20,000 nt of DNA from Malacoraja senta (GCA_038087875.1 JAXLNO010000064.1:56626-76625), one strand, 5' to 3'; shown: positions 9,223-19,735, counted from the stretch's first letter. A program made the numbers and translations. The notes: generated by a model not told the origin, from the letters alone.

Positions 9223-9923
9223 CATAATATAATTCTCTTGGGTTAAACATGTGAAGTAAATAGAATGCTGTTGGGGGGTGGGTGGGGGGGGTGGGGTGGG
9301 AGGGGGGGGGGGAGGAGACTCATGTGGTGTGTAAATACCAGATGGCCCAAATGTCCTGTTTCCATTACGTGAACTCTTTAACCAAACATCAATTGGAAAA
9401 TAGTGGAATGTAATTAGTGCTGATAAAGACTTGCTTCAGTACATTACTATCTCAGATGATTCAATGAATAAGAGCAAAATATTGGTCACAATCAGTAATT
9501 TACCATAAGTGGTGAAAAGTACATCGGTAGAACTGAAACTGGACATTACACAGAGGCACATGGTACATTGGTTGACATTTTCCAAGAATCTCAGTACATT
9601 AGAGGTCAATGAAAAATGTTCTTCAGTTCTATTTGTCTGTTCTGTTCTGTCCATGGATTATTATTTTATCCAGCACTACTCTCAAAGGTAATTACTGCTA
9701 ATTGATGCATTCACATGAGGTTGACTTCAAAGTGGCTTCACTTCGTGCAGTCCCATGCTACACCTGACAGCCACGTGCCCCGTTTTATGGAGACAAGGCT
9801 CACAGCCCTTTCACCCGACTGTGCCATGCAACCTGAGGCCTTTTCAATTCGCTGGATGGACCGGACGGTGTCCTTGGGCAAGGAAAGAGGCAGAATGGTC
9901 TGCTTCCTCGGCGACGTCTCGTT

Positions 9924-10413
9924 GAAAGGTTTCAGGGAAGATTTGGCAGGATGTTGCCAGGACTCGAGGGACTGAGCTACAGTGGGAGGTTGAGCAGGCT
10001 AGGGCTTTATTCCTTGGAGCGCAGGAGGATGAGGGGTGATCTTTTAGAGGTGTACAAAATCATGAGAGGATATCACAGATCGGGTAAATCGGTGCAGAAT
10101 CTTTTGCCCAGAGTAGGCAAATCGAGAACCAGAGGACAAATGTTTAAAGTGAGGGAGGAAAGATTTAATAGGAACCTGAGGGGTAACTTTTTGACGCAAA
10201 GGGTGATGAGTGTATGGAACTGCCGGAGGAGCTAGTTGAGGCAGGTACGATCGCAATGTTTAAGAAACATTTAGACATGTACATGGATAGGACAGGTTTA
10301 AAGGAATATGCACCAAATGCAGGCAGGTGGGTTTAGTGTGGATGGTACATGTTGGTTGGCGTGGGCAGGTTGGGGCAAATGGCCTGTTCCCACGCTGTAT
10401 TACTCCATGGCTC
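9924..10413 (+). mobile_element. CR1 LINE 3' end
   Basis: MLPGLEGLSYSGRLSRLGLYSLERRRMRGDLLEVYKIMRG...FNRNLRGNFLTQRVMSVWN, then 3' UTR. Confidence 0.92.
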
Positions 10414-10545
10414 TAATTGGCTTGGTAAAATTGTAATTTGTCCCTAGTGTGTGTAGGATAGTGCTAGTGTACATGGATCGCTGGTCGACACGGGCTCGGT
10501 GGGCCAAAGGGCCTGTTTCTGTACTGTATCTCTAAACTAAGTAAA
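10414..10545 (+). mobile_element. HE1/V-SINE 3' half
   Basis: TAATTGGCTTGGTAAAATTGTAA...GGATCGCTGGTCG...GGGCCTGTTTCTGTACTGTATCTCTAAACTAA, homologous to 11276-11380. Confidence 0.8.
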
Positions 10546-11099
10546 GCTTTTCACGGTACTCTGTACATGTGACAATTCCCAAACCACAAGCAATTTATGT
10601 GGAGAAAGCTAGATTGTATTTATTTACTGTGCCTTTTCACTTAGTTGCCAAGGGAAAGTGTGTCACTGTGACTCAGAACTAAATAGGCTGAAAGCTTTCA
10701 ATATTAATTCTTGTACTTTCTGAATTTCCTTTCCAGTTTTGTTTGCCCTATTATCTTCTTGTTGGTAAAATGTTCAGATTATAGTGACCTGCCTTATTAT
10801 GAACAAATGTTTAATATAGAGTTTGACAGGGCCATTAACCCTGAGTAATTTCATTAGTACATCGCTTTCAGATGCTTTCTGTGTGCTCTGTTGCTAAGTA
10901 TTTCAAGCTAACAGTAATCAGGGCCACAGGCAATGCCTGCTCCTTGACTACTGTGAATAAGCTTGGCTTCTGTCGCTGCTTGTCAGTTCTGCAATAAGAC
11001 TGTCAGGTCAAATTAGCGTAAAATTTAATTGTCTAATTTTAAAAACATCTCGATTTTCAGGATAGGAAGGCTAGAATCTGAGTTGCTTCACATGAGGAT

Positions 11100-11382
11100 G
11101 GGTGGCACGGTGGCTTAGTAGTAGAGCTATTGCCTTACAGCTCCAGAGACCCCGGTTCGATCCTAGACTACGAGTGCTTGTCTGTACGGAGTTTGTACGT
11201 TCTCCCCGTGACCTGCGTGGGTTTTCTCCATCTTCGGTTTCCTCTCTCATTCGACAGACGTACAGGCTTGTAGGTTAATTGGCTTGGTATTAATATAAAA
11301 TTATTCCGAGAGTGTAGGGTAATATTAATATGCGGGGATCGCTGGTCGGCGCAATCTCTAAACTAAACTAAACTGAACTAAA
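11100..11382 (+). mobile_element. Near full-length tRNA-derived V-SINE (HE1-like)
   Basis: Pol III A box TGGCTTAGTAG (11111-11121), B box GGTTCGATCC (11154-11163), V-domain GGAGTTTGTACGTTCTCCCCGTG...GGTTTCCT, and (CTAAA)n tail. Confidence 0.88.
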
Positions 11383-11600
11383 GATTATGGTTTAGGTAAT
11401 TTGATGGGCAGTTTTTTGCCATGTTATGATCCTGGGGATTACAGAACAAGGTGGTTAGATGGAATTAAATTTGGATCAGGTTTGATGTTACTGGAAAAAT
11501 TTAACCGTGGAACATTTAGACTTAGGTTTATTATCGTCACATTATTGTACTGAGGTACAGTGCAAAGCTAAGTTTTGCATGCTATCTAATCAGATCAGAT

Positions 11601-12388
11601 AATAGACAATAGACAATAGGTGCAGGAGAAGGCCATTTGGCCCTTCGAGCCAGCACCGCCATTCAATGTGATCATGGCTGATCATCCTCAATCGGTATCC
11701 CGTTCCTGCCTTCTCCCCATATCCCCTGACTCTGCTATTTTTAAGAGCCCTATCTAGCTCTCTCTTGAAAGCATCCAGAGAACCGGCCTCCACCGCCCTC
11801 TGAGGCAGAGAATTCCACAGACTCACCACTCTGTGAGAAAAAGTGTTTCCTCGTCTCCGTTCTAAATGGCTTACTCCTTATTCTTAAACTGTGGCCCCTG
11901 GTTCTGGACTCCCCCAACATCGGGAACATGTTTCCTGCCTCTAGCGTGTCCAAGCCCTTAACAATCTTATATGTTTATATGAGATCCCCTCTCATCCTTC
12001 TAAACTCCAGAGTGTACAAGCCCAGCTGCTCCATTCTCTTAGCATATGACAGTCCCGCCATCCCGGGAATTAACCTTGTAAACCTACGCTGCACTCCCTC
12101 AACAGCAAGAATGTCCTTCCTCAAATTAGGGGACCAAAACAGCACACAATACTCCAGGTGTGGTCTCACTAGGGCTCTGTACAACTGCAGAAGGACCTCT
12201 TTGCTCGTATATTCGATTCCTCTTGTTATAAAGGCCAACATGCCATTCGCTTTCTTCACTGCCTGCTGTACCTGCATGCTTACTTTCATAGACTGATGTA
12301 CAAGGACCCCCAGATCCCGTTATACTTCCCCTTTTCCCACCTTGACACCATTTAGATAGTAATCTGCCTTCCTGTTTTTGCTACCAAA
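11601..12388 (-). mobile_element. Relatively young 5'-truncated CR1 LINE, inserted in a Rex1-like 3' UTR (~11520-11600 and ~12389-12535)
   Basis: MKVSMQVQQAVKKANGMLAFITRGIEY...LYRALVRPHLEYCVLFWSP...RRMRGDLI; (AATAGAC)n tail at 11601-11619; AATAG recurs at 12387-12391. Confidence 0.93.
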
Positions 12389-12534
12389 TAGCATACATAA
12401 TAGTATGCATATACAGTACACAATCAAGCCAAACTCAAGAACAATAGGTGGAGCAAAGGGGAAGATACAGAGTGCAGATTATAGTTCTCAGCATTGTAGC
12501 GCATCAGTTCTAGTGACAGTGCAATGTCTACAAT

Positions 12535-13032
12535 GAAGCTTAAAGATGAGATTGGCAAAGTTTAAAGGAAATATGCTTTATTTTGCGTTTTTTTACACAG
12601 GGTGCCAGAAGCCTGTAATGGTGGTGAAAGCAAAATATCAGTGATATCAAAGAGGCTTTGAGACAGCTCACATGGACATGCCGTGGAATGGAGGGATATC
12701 GATCATGTGCATCTCTGGCGGAAAGGAATAGGCGACGTTTCAGATCGAGACCCTTCTTCAGACCAAGATCCTTCAGGTCAAGATCCTTCTTCAGTCCCGC
12801 TGAGTTACTCTGGCTTTTTGTGTCTGTCTTCGGTTTAAACCAGCATCTGCAGTTCCTCCCTACGCAGAATGATATCACCGTTGGGCTTCACAGTAGAGCC
12901 AGCTTCTTCCCACATCTCAAAGACCTGAGGGGTACTAATTTAGTTGATTATAGCAAATGTGCTCTTGGCATCATGTGGACATGGTGGGCCGAAGGATCTG
13001 TTCCTTGTGCCGTGCTGTTCTATTTTCTATGT
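12535..13032 (+). mobile_element. Degraded CR1 3' end interrupted by a Penelope-derived inverted module (~12706-12865) and a V-SINE fragment (~12895-12950)
   Basis: GGCAAAGTTTAAAGGA...TTTTTTACACAG; hammerhead-like core at 12734-12761 (-); CTTCCCACATCTCAAAGAC; CR1 end GGGCCGAAGGATCTGTTCCTTGTGCCGTGCTGTTCTAT. Confidence 0.7.
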
Positions 13033-13034
13033 TC

Positions 13035-13240
13035 AGGCAATGCTGCTGTTACAGAGGAAGTTCCACAATTTAGGTTGAATGACAATGTAGGAACAGCAAT
13101 GCATTTTGGAGTAATGATGGTGGGTGGCTGGGTGGGGAACCTGCAGATGGTGGTGTGTCCATTCAGTTGCTGCCCTTCTTGGTTACAAAGATAACAGGTT
13201 TAGGTGATGCTATCGAAGCAGCCAAGGTGCAGTCGCAGTA
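13035..13240 (-). mobile_element. Old LINE fragment (CR1/L2 group)
   Basis: GGGGAACCTGCAGATGGTGGTGTGTCCATTCAGTTGCTGCCCTT resembles, from memory, a common chondrichthyan LINE. No intact frame. Confidence 0.4.
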
Positions 13241-14028
13241 GATCAATAGTTCAACGGTACTTTCATTATCACATGTGTAAAGCGCAAACACAGTGACATT
13301 ATTTTCCTTACAAACAGTCCAGTAGAATATCGCCGTACCCCTGATTCTCGATTGGGGGGGGGGGGGGGGGGGGAGGGGGAGAAACTAGAAGCGAGAAAAT
13401 GCCATAACAAATCAAGGCTGTGGATTGGCAATTGTGGAATTCTTCATCTCCTGAGCGGTCACCTGCTTAACAAGGAGAAGGAACCAAATGCTTGAGTGTA
13501 TGATTATTTCTCATTTAAGTCTCACACTTTCACCCTTCCTCCCGTGTGGGTTAACTCTGGGCTCAGGTTGGGTTTCAAATCTAAAACTCTTGCTTCAAGG
13601 GTTTAGCTACGATTGTCCATTTTTTAAGTGGGCATGTTGGTGTAAAGTGGTTTAAAAGCTATGCGGTAAATCTTTAAGAGTGGAACAGCATATAGCAGGC
13701 ACCCTCCACCCTTGCCTTATATGGTGAAACAAGGAATTGCCTTGTTTTAATCCATTTGATCCCATCGATACACTCAAGCTCCCTTTGGTGTTATGACAAG
13801 GGCAAATTTTCAAGTAGTGTTTGGTAACAGCCTGGAATAAATCAGCGCGTCACCAGTTCCAACTTTCTAACTTATACGCACAGACTCCAACAACATTGGA
13901 TCCTTTTGATTTATTATTTCTTGTGTTTTTTTTCTGTTTCTCCCTTCTTCCACATTGTGTTTTCTTTCCTGAGAAGATCGTCACAGAATCTTGGTCCCAT
14001 AACCCGAAAGCCAACAGATTCAGGGACT

Positions 14029-14130
14029 TGTGTCGGAAGGAGCAGCAGATGCCTGTTTATGCTGAAGATAGATCTGAAGAATGGTCTCGATCTGAAATGT
14101 CACCCATTCTTTTTCCCCAGAGATGCTAGC
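14029..14130. mobile_element. Short inverted Penelope-derived module
   Basis: Minus-oriented terminus GTCGGAAGGAGCAGCAGATGC joined to plus-oriented core CTGAAGAATGGTCTCGATCTGAAATGTC (14074-14101). Confidence 0.7.
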
Positions 14131-14136
14131 TGTCCT

Positions 14137-14242
14137 GTATATATCCATATAGCCATATATATATATTATATATATTTTTTATATGTGTGTGTGTGTATGT
14201 GTGTATATATAATATATACTCACACACACATGCAGTATATAT
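14137..14242. repeat. Compound (TA)/(TG)/(CA) microsatellite
   Basis: Directly visible dinucleotide runs. Confidence 0.9.
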
Positions 14243-14281
14243 TTTCTCATTAAAACCCATCCCCCAATTTTCTCTTTAAAT

Positions 14282-14395
14282 ATATTGTTTACAGAGTACT
14301 ATGTTTAGATATTCTGTTGGGCTGCTGCAAGTAAGAATTTCATTGTTCTGTCTGGGACATATGACAAGAAAACACTTGATTCGTGACTCTTGATT
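14282..14395 (+). mobile_element. LINE 3' tail fragment (same family as 3966-4050)
   Basis: GATATTCTGTTGGGCTGCTGCAAGTAAGAATTTCATTGTTCTGTCTGGGACATATGACAAG. Confidence 0.55.
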
Positions 14396-14777
14396 TAATT
14401 AGAACACTTGATATCAAAATAGTGACTATAATAATTCTAGATGGTCCTAAAAATGAGACAGAACACACAAGTTGTAAATTAATAGCTTTTAAAAAAAAAA
14501 TAATCACAGACTAAGCATTACATAAGTGCCCCTATAAATTTAAACAATTTATCTTGAGATGGGGTGGAGCTCATGACTCGTATGGAGGTTTTCAAAAATG
14601 AAAAGTGCTAAGTTTGAGCTGCGCTCATATCTTCAGTTCCAGCCTCTGATGGATACAACGAGCACGTGCTGTAACGAGCAGGGAGACCGGGAATGGGAGG
14701 AAGAATCAGATTCTGCCAAACCGCAGTCCATGCACCGAGCGAAGTGCTCTACAAACAGTGCATCAGATCAAAGCAAT

Positions 14778-14855
14778 GGACACACCAAGTGGTGGAGTAA
14801 CTCAGTGGGCCCTGGAGATCATGGATAGGTGATGCTTCGGGTTAGGACCCTTCAC
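14778..14855 (-). mobile_element. Penelope-derived module fragment
   Basis: GGAGTAACTCAGTGGG...GGATAGGTGATGCTTCGGGTTAGGACCCTTC. Confidence 0.6.
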
Positions 14856-15154
14856 CTCCTCCCATACCTACCTGTGGTCGGCGGTGAAGCGTTAAACTGC
14901 TATTTGGAGAAGGAGGACACTCAATGGAAGGTCTCGGCCACATAACGTGCCATTTCCTCAGCGGGGATTTTTTATTTCCCAGTTCTTTCTCCTTGTTACT
15001 CACTCAGATTATTACTGCTGGGACTGCAAACTTGTGAGGAGAAAGCCTGACATTTATTTATCAGCCTGCGTCGACCTTTCTGAATCTTGAGTAGCAGCAA
15101 GCAGCGGAGATGCAAAAGGCAAAAAAAGGGCTGTGGTATAAGTGATGAGTCATA

Positions 15155-15252
15155 TGTGCGGAAACAAGGAACTAGATGCCGTGGGCAAAGAAGGACACAA
15201 AGTACTGGAGTAACTCAGCGGGTCAGACGGCATCCCTGGAGACCATGGATTG
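15155..15252 (-). mobile_element. Penelope-derived module fragment
   Basis: CAAGGAACTAGATGC...GACACAAAGTACTGGAGTAACTCAGCGGGTCAGACGGCATCCCTGGAG. Confidence 0.65.
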
Positions 15253-15371
15253 TTTGGAGTGATCACTGTGATGTCCATGCTGCATTGTCAAGAATATTGT
15301 TAGAGAACTTCTTAAAACAGTTTAGGAATTAAAGTATAAAGTGGACATCATTCGTGCTCCACTGTAGTGAA

Positions 15372-15513
15372 TATGTGGGTGTCAGGGGTTATGGGGAGAA
15401 GGCAGGAGAATGGGGTTAGGAGGGAGAGATAGATCAGCCATGATTGAATGGCGGAGTGGACTTAATGGGCCAAATGGCCTAATTCTGCTCCTATCACTTA
15501 TGACGTTATGACT
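15372..15513 (+). mobile_element. CR1 3' UTR
   Basis: GTCAGGGGTTATGGGGAGAAGGCAGGAGAATGGGG...GGCCTAATTCTGCTCCTATCACTTATGA. Confidence 0.8.
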
Positions 15514-15529
15514 TTCACCACAAAATCGT

Positions 15530-15925
15530 TACAAAGTGTTGGAGTAACTCAGTGGGTCAGGCAGCATCACTGTAGGACATGAATAGGTGATGTTGTGGGT
15601 CAAGACCCTTTTTCATTCTAGTGGTCTGGGGGGGGGGGGGGGGAGCTGGAAGAGAGTTTGGGCAAGACAGAGCCAGGCAGGTGATAGGTGGGTACAGGTG
15701 GGACAGGGGGGTTGATTAGCAGATGGGTGGACAAAGGCCAGGGATGAAAAGGCCGTGTTAAGGAGTTGGGGAGAGAATATGAGTGAACTGTGAAGCCAGA
15801 GGAAGGATCTAGGTGAAAGGGAATAGGGGAGGTGTGGAGGGGGAGTGGGTGGTTTGAGGGGGGAGGATGGGGTGGGGGGGATTGTGGGAGATGTGGGTGT
15901 GCATCCAGTTGGAGCACAGGGAGGA
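15530..15925 (-). mobile_element. Penelope-derived element with G-rich UTR
   Basis: GGAGTAACTCAGTGGGTCAGGCAGCATC...GGGTCAAGACCCTT followed by a purine-rich tract like 8631-8730. Confidence 0.6.
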
Positions 15926-16204
15926 GAGGGGGGTGAAATTTGTAATTCATTTGTTTTCATATTCTGGGCCTACTCAATAAATGATAGACTGTATTCTGGA
16001 AGGAATGAGGTGAGGTTCTTTTTATTTATTTTTTCCTAGAAATGTGTTACGTTTTCTTAAAAATCTGTTTGGAATGTTGGAGACGCCATCAATTCCAACT
16101 CCTGTTTACTTTGAAAAGACAGCGCTGGCTGCATTTAAAACCACTACATTCCAATTGAATGTGTCATTTCACATATGGAAGGTCGATACCAGTGTTTATT
16201 GTCA

Positions 16205-16435
16205 ATACGGATGGATCAACGGGTTTGGAGGGATAGGGGCCAAACGCAGGCAGGTGGAACTAGTATCGACGGGCATGTTGGTCGGCATGGGCAAGTTGGG
16301 CCGAAGGGCTTGTTTCCATCGAAGGTAGATACAAAACGCTGGAGTAACTCAGCGGAACAGGCAGCATCGCTAGATAAAAGATCTTTCGGGTCGAGACCCT
16401 TCTTCAGACCCCACGCTGTATGACTCTATGACTCG
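16205..16435 (+). mobile_element. CR1 3' UTR interrupted by a minus-strand Penelope module (~16319-16410)
   Basis: GGGCCGAAGGGCTTGTTTCCA | insert with core at 16384-16407 | CCACGCTGTATGACTCTATGACT. Confidence 0.75.
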
Positions 16436-16597
16436 ATCCGTGATTACCTCTTTCCAAACAGAAGTCAACTGGGTGAGATTGGGTGGGGGGTTTTTCCCCT
16501 TGAAATTCATAAACCAGATATATTTTTATAACAACCCATATCCTTCCAAACCTTTTCCTATCCATGTACATGTCCAGTCTTTGTCATTGTTGCCTGA

Positions 16598-16742
16598 TTT
16601 GAATATGGATAGGAAGGGTATAGAGAGATATGGGACAAACACAGGCAGATGGGACCTGTGCAGATGGGCATCTTGGTCAGCATGTGCAAGTTGGGCCGAA
16701 GGGCCGAAGGGCCTGTTTCCATGCTGTATAATTGTATGACAC
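16598..16742 (+). mobile_element. CR1 3' UTR
   Basis: ATGGATAGGAAGGGTATAGAGAGATATGGG...GGGCCGAAGGGCCGAAGGGCCTGTTTCCATGCTGTAT. Confidence 0.75.
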
Positions 16743-16764
16743 TAATTCCATATTCAATTGGGCA

Positions 16765-18860
16765 TCATAGAGTCAAACAGCACAGAAACAGGCCTTTTGG
16801 CCTAACTCGTCCATGGCAACCTTAATGCTCCATCTAAGCTGATCCCATTTGTTTCACCCATATCCTTCTAAACCTTTTCCTATCCATGTACATGTCCAAA
16901 TGTCTTTCAATGGTATTTTTGGACCTGCTTCAACTATTTCTTCCGGCAGCTCATTCCATAAACCCACCACCCACCGTGTGAAAAAGTTGCCCCTCAGGTT
17001 TCTATTAAATCTTTCCCTTCTCACCATAAACGTATGCCCCTAATTTTTGATTCCTCCTCCCACAGGAAAACTACTCCTGTGCATTCACCCTATCCCCCTT
17101 ATGATTTTATATATCACTGTAAGATCACCTCTCAGCCTCCTCCACTCCACGGAATAAAGTCCGAGCCTGCCTAGTCTCTCCTTATAGTTCTGGCTCTTGA
17201 ATCCTGGCAACATCTTTGTAAATCTTCTCTGCACCCTTTGCAGTTTTATGGCATCTTTCCCGTAGCAGTGACCAAAACTGAACATAATACTCCATGTGCA
17301 GCCTCACCAACTTCTTGAAGACCTGTGACATAACTCTGAACTTGTATACTCAATTCCCTTACTGCTAAATGCCGGCATGCCACAAGCCTTTTTAAACCAC
17401 TCTATCTACTTGCTCATGAGGTCATAAGGCATAAGTGATAGAAGCAGAATTAGGCCAATCAGCCCATCGTCTACTCCACCATTCAATCATGGCTAATCTA
17501 TCTCTTCCTTCTAACCCCATTCTCCTCCCTTCTCCCCATAATCCTTGACACCCATAGTAATCAAGAATCTATCTATCTCTGCCTTAAAAATATCTTGTCG
17601 GCCTCCACAGCCTTCTATGGCAAAGAATTCCACAGATTCACCACCCTCTGACTAAAGAAATTCCTCCTCATTCCTCCTAAAGGAACGCCCTTTAATTCTG
17701 AGACTAGTGGATCCTAGACACTAGTGGAAACATCCTCTGCACATCCACTCTATCTATCCCCAAGCCAAACCTTTCACTATTGCTACACTACTTTCAAGGA
17801 ACAATGCATCTGTACTCCTAGATCCCCCTGCTTTATAACATTCCTCTGGGCCATCCCATTCACAGTGAAGGCCCTGCCTTGGTTTGACTTCCCAAAATGG
17901 AACATCTTGCACGTACATGAATTATATTCCATTGGCCATTTCTCAGCCCACTTGTGCAGTTGATCAAGATCCCGCTGCAATTCTTGATGGCCATCTTCAC
18001 TGCCTATAATAACACCAACTCTAGTGTTGTCTAATCATGCCTTGTACATGCTCATCTAAATTGTTGATATAGATAACAAACAACTTTGGACGCAACAGTG
18101 ATCCCTAGTTACAGGCCTCCAGTCCGAAAAAACAACCTTCCACCAACACCTTCGGCTTCCTACCGTGAAGCCAATTCTGTATCCAGTTATGTAGCTAGCT
18201 CTGCCTGGATCCCATCCAATCTCACCTTCCAAAGCAGCCTTCCATACGGACCATATCTAAAGCCCTGGTAACACTCATCTAGGCAACATCCACGGCCCTG
18301 CCCTTGTCAACCTTCTTGGCTACTTCAAAAAACCTCAAATCAAATTCATGAGACACAAACTCCCAAACACAAAACCATGCTGACTATCCAGTGACTTGCC
18401 AACCACAGACGTAGAATCAAAGAACTGCAGATGCTGGTTGATGGAGATTCTTCAAAAGTAGGACGAAGGATCCCGACCCAGAACGCCACCCATCCTTTTT
18501 CACCAGAGACGTTGCCTCACCCTATTGAGTTACTCTAGCACTTTCCAACCACAGATGTTAGGTTCACTGGTCTTTAGTTTTCAGGTGGTACTTTGCAACC
18601 TTTTTTAAACAGAGATACAACTTCAGCCGCCCTCCAGTCAATTGTTGACACCTCAACAATGATTCATATATCTCAATCAGGACTCCTGCAATTTCTTCCC
18701 GTGCTTCTCACAGTGTCCGTGGAGATATCTGATCAGTTTTGGTATCTACTTTCATGTGTCTTAGGATGTGGAACACCTCCATCTGTGTAATATAGACTGT
18801 CCTCAAGGCATCTCCACTAACTTTCCCAAGGTTTCTGTCGACGTGTCTTTCTCCACATTA
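16765..18860 (-). mobile_element. Long degraded CR1 LINE (RT to 3' UTR) with a nested CR1 3' end (~17415-17760) and a nested Penelope module (18413-18539)
   Basis: Minus-strand remnants SQHGFV (~18365-18385), QRDLDQLHKWAEKWPMEYNSCTCKMFHFG (17783-17980) and KDAIKLQRVQRRFTKMLPG...RRLRGDLTVIYKII (17085-17285). Upstream boundary uncertain. Confidence 0.85.
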
Positions 18861-19054
18861 AAATTTGTTGGATTTGAATTCATACTTCCCAGTTTTCACT
18901 CGATCATTAATCAGGACATTTTAATTTAAACAATTTAAACACCATGTTATCAAAGCTCTGCAGAAATGTATTTAAAGTGCGGATTAAAAAAATGGACTTG
19001 CTTAACAAGGCTGTAGCTATTGGGATGCAAAGTAAATAAAAAAATCGTGACATA

Positions 19055-19205
19055 AACATCAGTAGATGCTGGAACCCAGAGCAAAAAAAGCAACTACTGG
19101 AAGAACTCAGTCAGCAGCTTGGTTTAGTTTAGTGTAGAGATACAGCACGGAAACCAGGCCTTCAGCCAAATGAGTTCGCGCCGAGCTGCGATACCCGCAC
19201 GCTAA
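19055..19205 (-). mobile_element. Penelope module fragment (~19055-19118) followed by HE1/V-SINE 3' end (~19121-19205)
   Basis: AGATGCTGG...CTGGAAGAACTCAG; GTTTAGTTTAGTGTAGAGATACAGCACGGAAACCAGGCCTTC...GCGATACCCGCACGCTAA. Confidence 0.7.
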
Positions 19206-19499
19206 AGGGCCTGTCCCATGGGCATGCGACTCCATGCGGCAAGCGCGACCTAACCGGAAGCGGGGGCTGCGCGGAGGTTGAGTGATCCCCGTACAGGGCC
19301 GGTCCCACCAGCATGTGGCTGCATGCGGCAAGCGCGACCAAACCGGAAGCGGGGGCCGTGCGGAGGTCGAGTGAGTGACGCGGGAAGTTTGCGCGTGACG
19401 TATGGCGTCAAGACGCTGCGTACGGCGTCGAGATGCTGCGCACGCCCGTCAAGGCGGTGCGTACGGCGTAGAGGCGGCTGCAGGCCGGCAGGCTGTTGC
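19206..19499. mobile_element. Left part of a Harbinger-like MITE with 89-bp tandem subterminal repeat
   Basis: TAA|AGGGCCTGTCCCA terminus related to the 222-605 TIR. Unit starts at 19206 and 19295; ~21-bp GCGTACGGCGT repeats at ~19397-19480. Confidence 0.65.
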
Positions 19500-19699
19500 T
19501 GTAGATCCTTTAACATAGTGACCTCACCACTACTAACCACTCCCCATTATCTTCAGTATAATTGTAACCTTCCCACCCCCAGCTCCCTCTCTAGCTCCGG
19601 TGACGGACCACGAACAGCTAGGGCAATATGTGTGTATACGATTACAATGTAAGCAATAAACTAAGAGTGAAGACATCACGTGTTTGACAAGTCTTTACA
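19500..19699 (+). mobile_element. 5' LTR of a Ty3/Gypsy retrotransposon (~200 bp)
   Basis: TGTAGA...TTTACA termini, TATAA at 19557-19561, AATAAA at 19655-19660, sharp GC drop at 19500, immediately followed by a PBS. The 5' boundary is inferred. Confidence 0.75.
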
Positions 19700-19734
19700 T
19701 GGTGTCAGAAGTGGGATTCGAACCCACGCCTCCA
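19700..19734 (+). other. tRNA-Leu primer-binding site extended to 35 nt
   Basis: TGGTGTCAGAAGTGGGATTCGAACCCACGCCTCCA is the reverse complement of TGGAGGCGTGGGTTCGAATCCCACTTCTGACACCA, the mature 3' end of vertebrate tRNA-Leu (CAA/CAG class) including CCA. Confidence 0.9.
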
Positions 19735-19735
19735 A

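Noticed and set aside
9272..9316. G-quadruplex-capable G runs (also 8003-8027, 13353-13379, 15627-15643)
   Set aside because: Simple homopolymer tracts, common in such genomes and error-prone in assembly; no evidence of function.
11100..11175. Functional tRNA gene
   Set aside because: A and B boxes are followed by V-domain and repeat tail, so this is a SINE head.
12658..13194. Longest ORF in the track (178 aa)
   Set aside because: Runs across four unrelated repeat fragments; chance frame.
14598..14828. 76-aa ATG-initiated ORF
   Set aside because: No recognisable similarity, and the 3' end lies in a Penelope module.
16040..16181. Possible host exon after a TTTTTTCCTAG acceptor (VLRFLKNLFGMLETPSIP...)
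   Set aside because: No recognisable protein similarity, weak donor (GTCGAT), and the ORF runs into CR1 UTR. Needs RNA-seq.
19700..19734. tRNA-Leu gene or integration att site
   Set aside because: Only the 3' 35 nt are present, including CCA that eukaryotic tRNA genes do not encode. It abuts an LTR end, so it is primer-derived.
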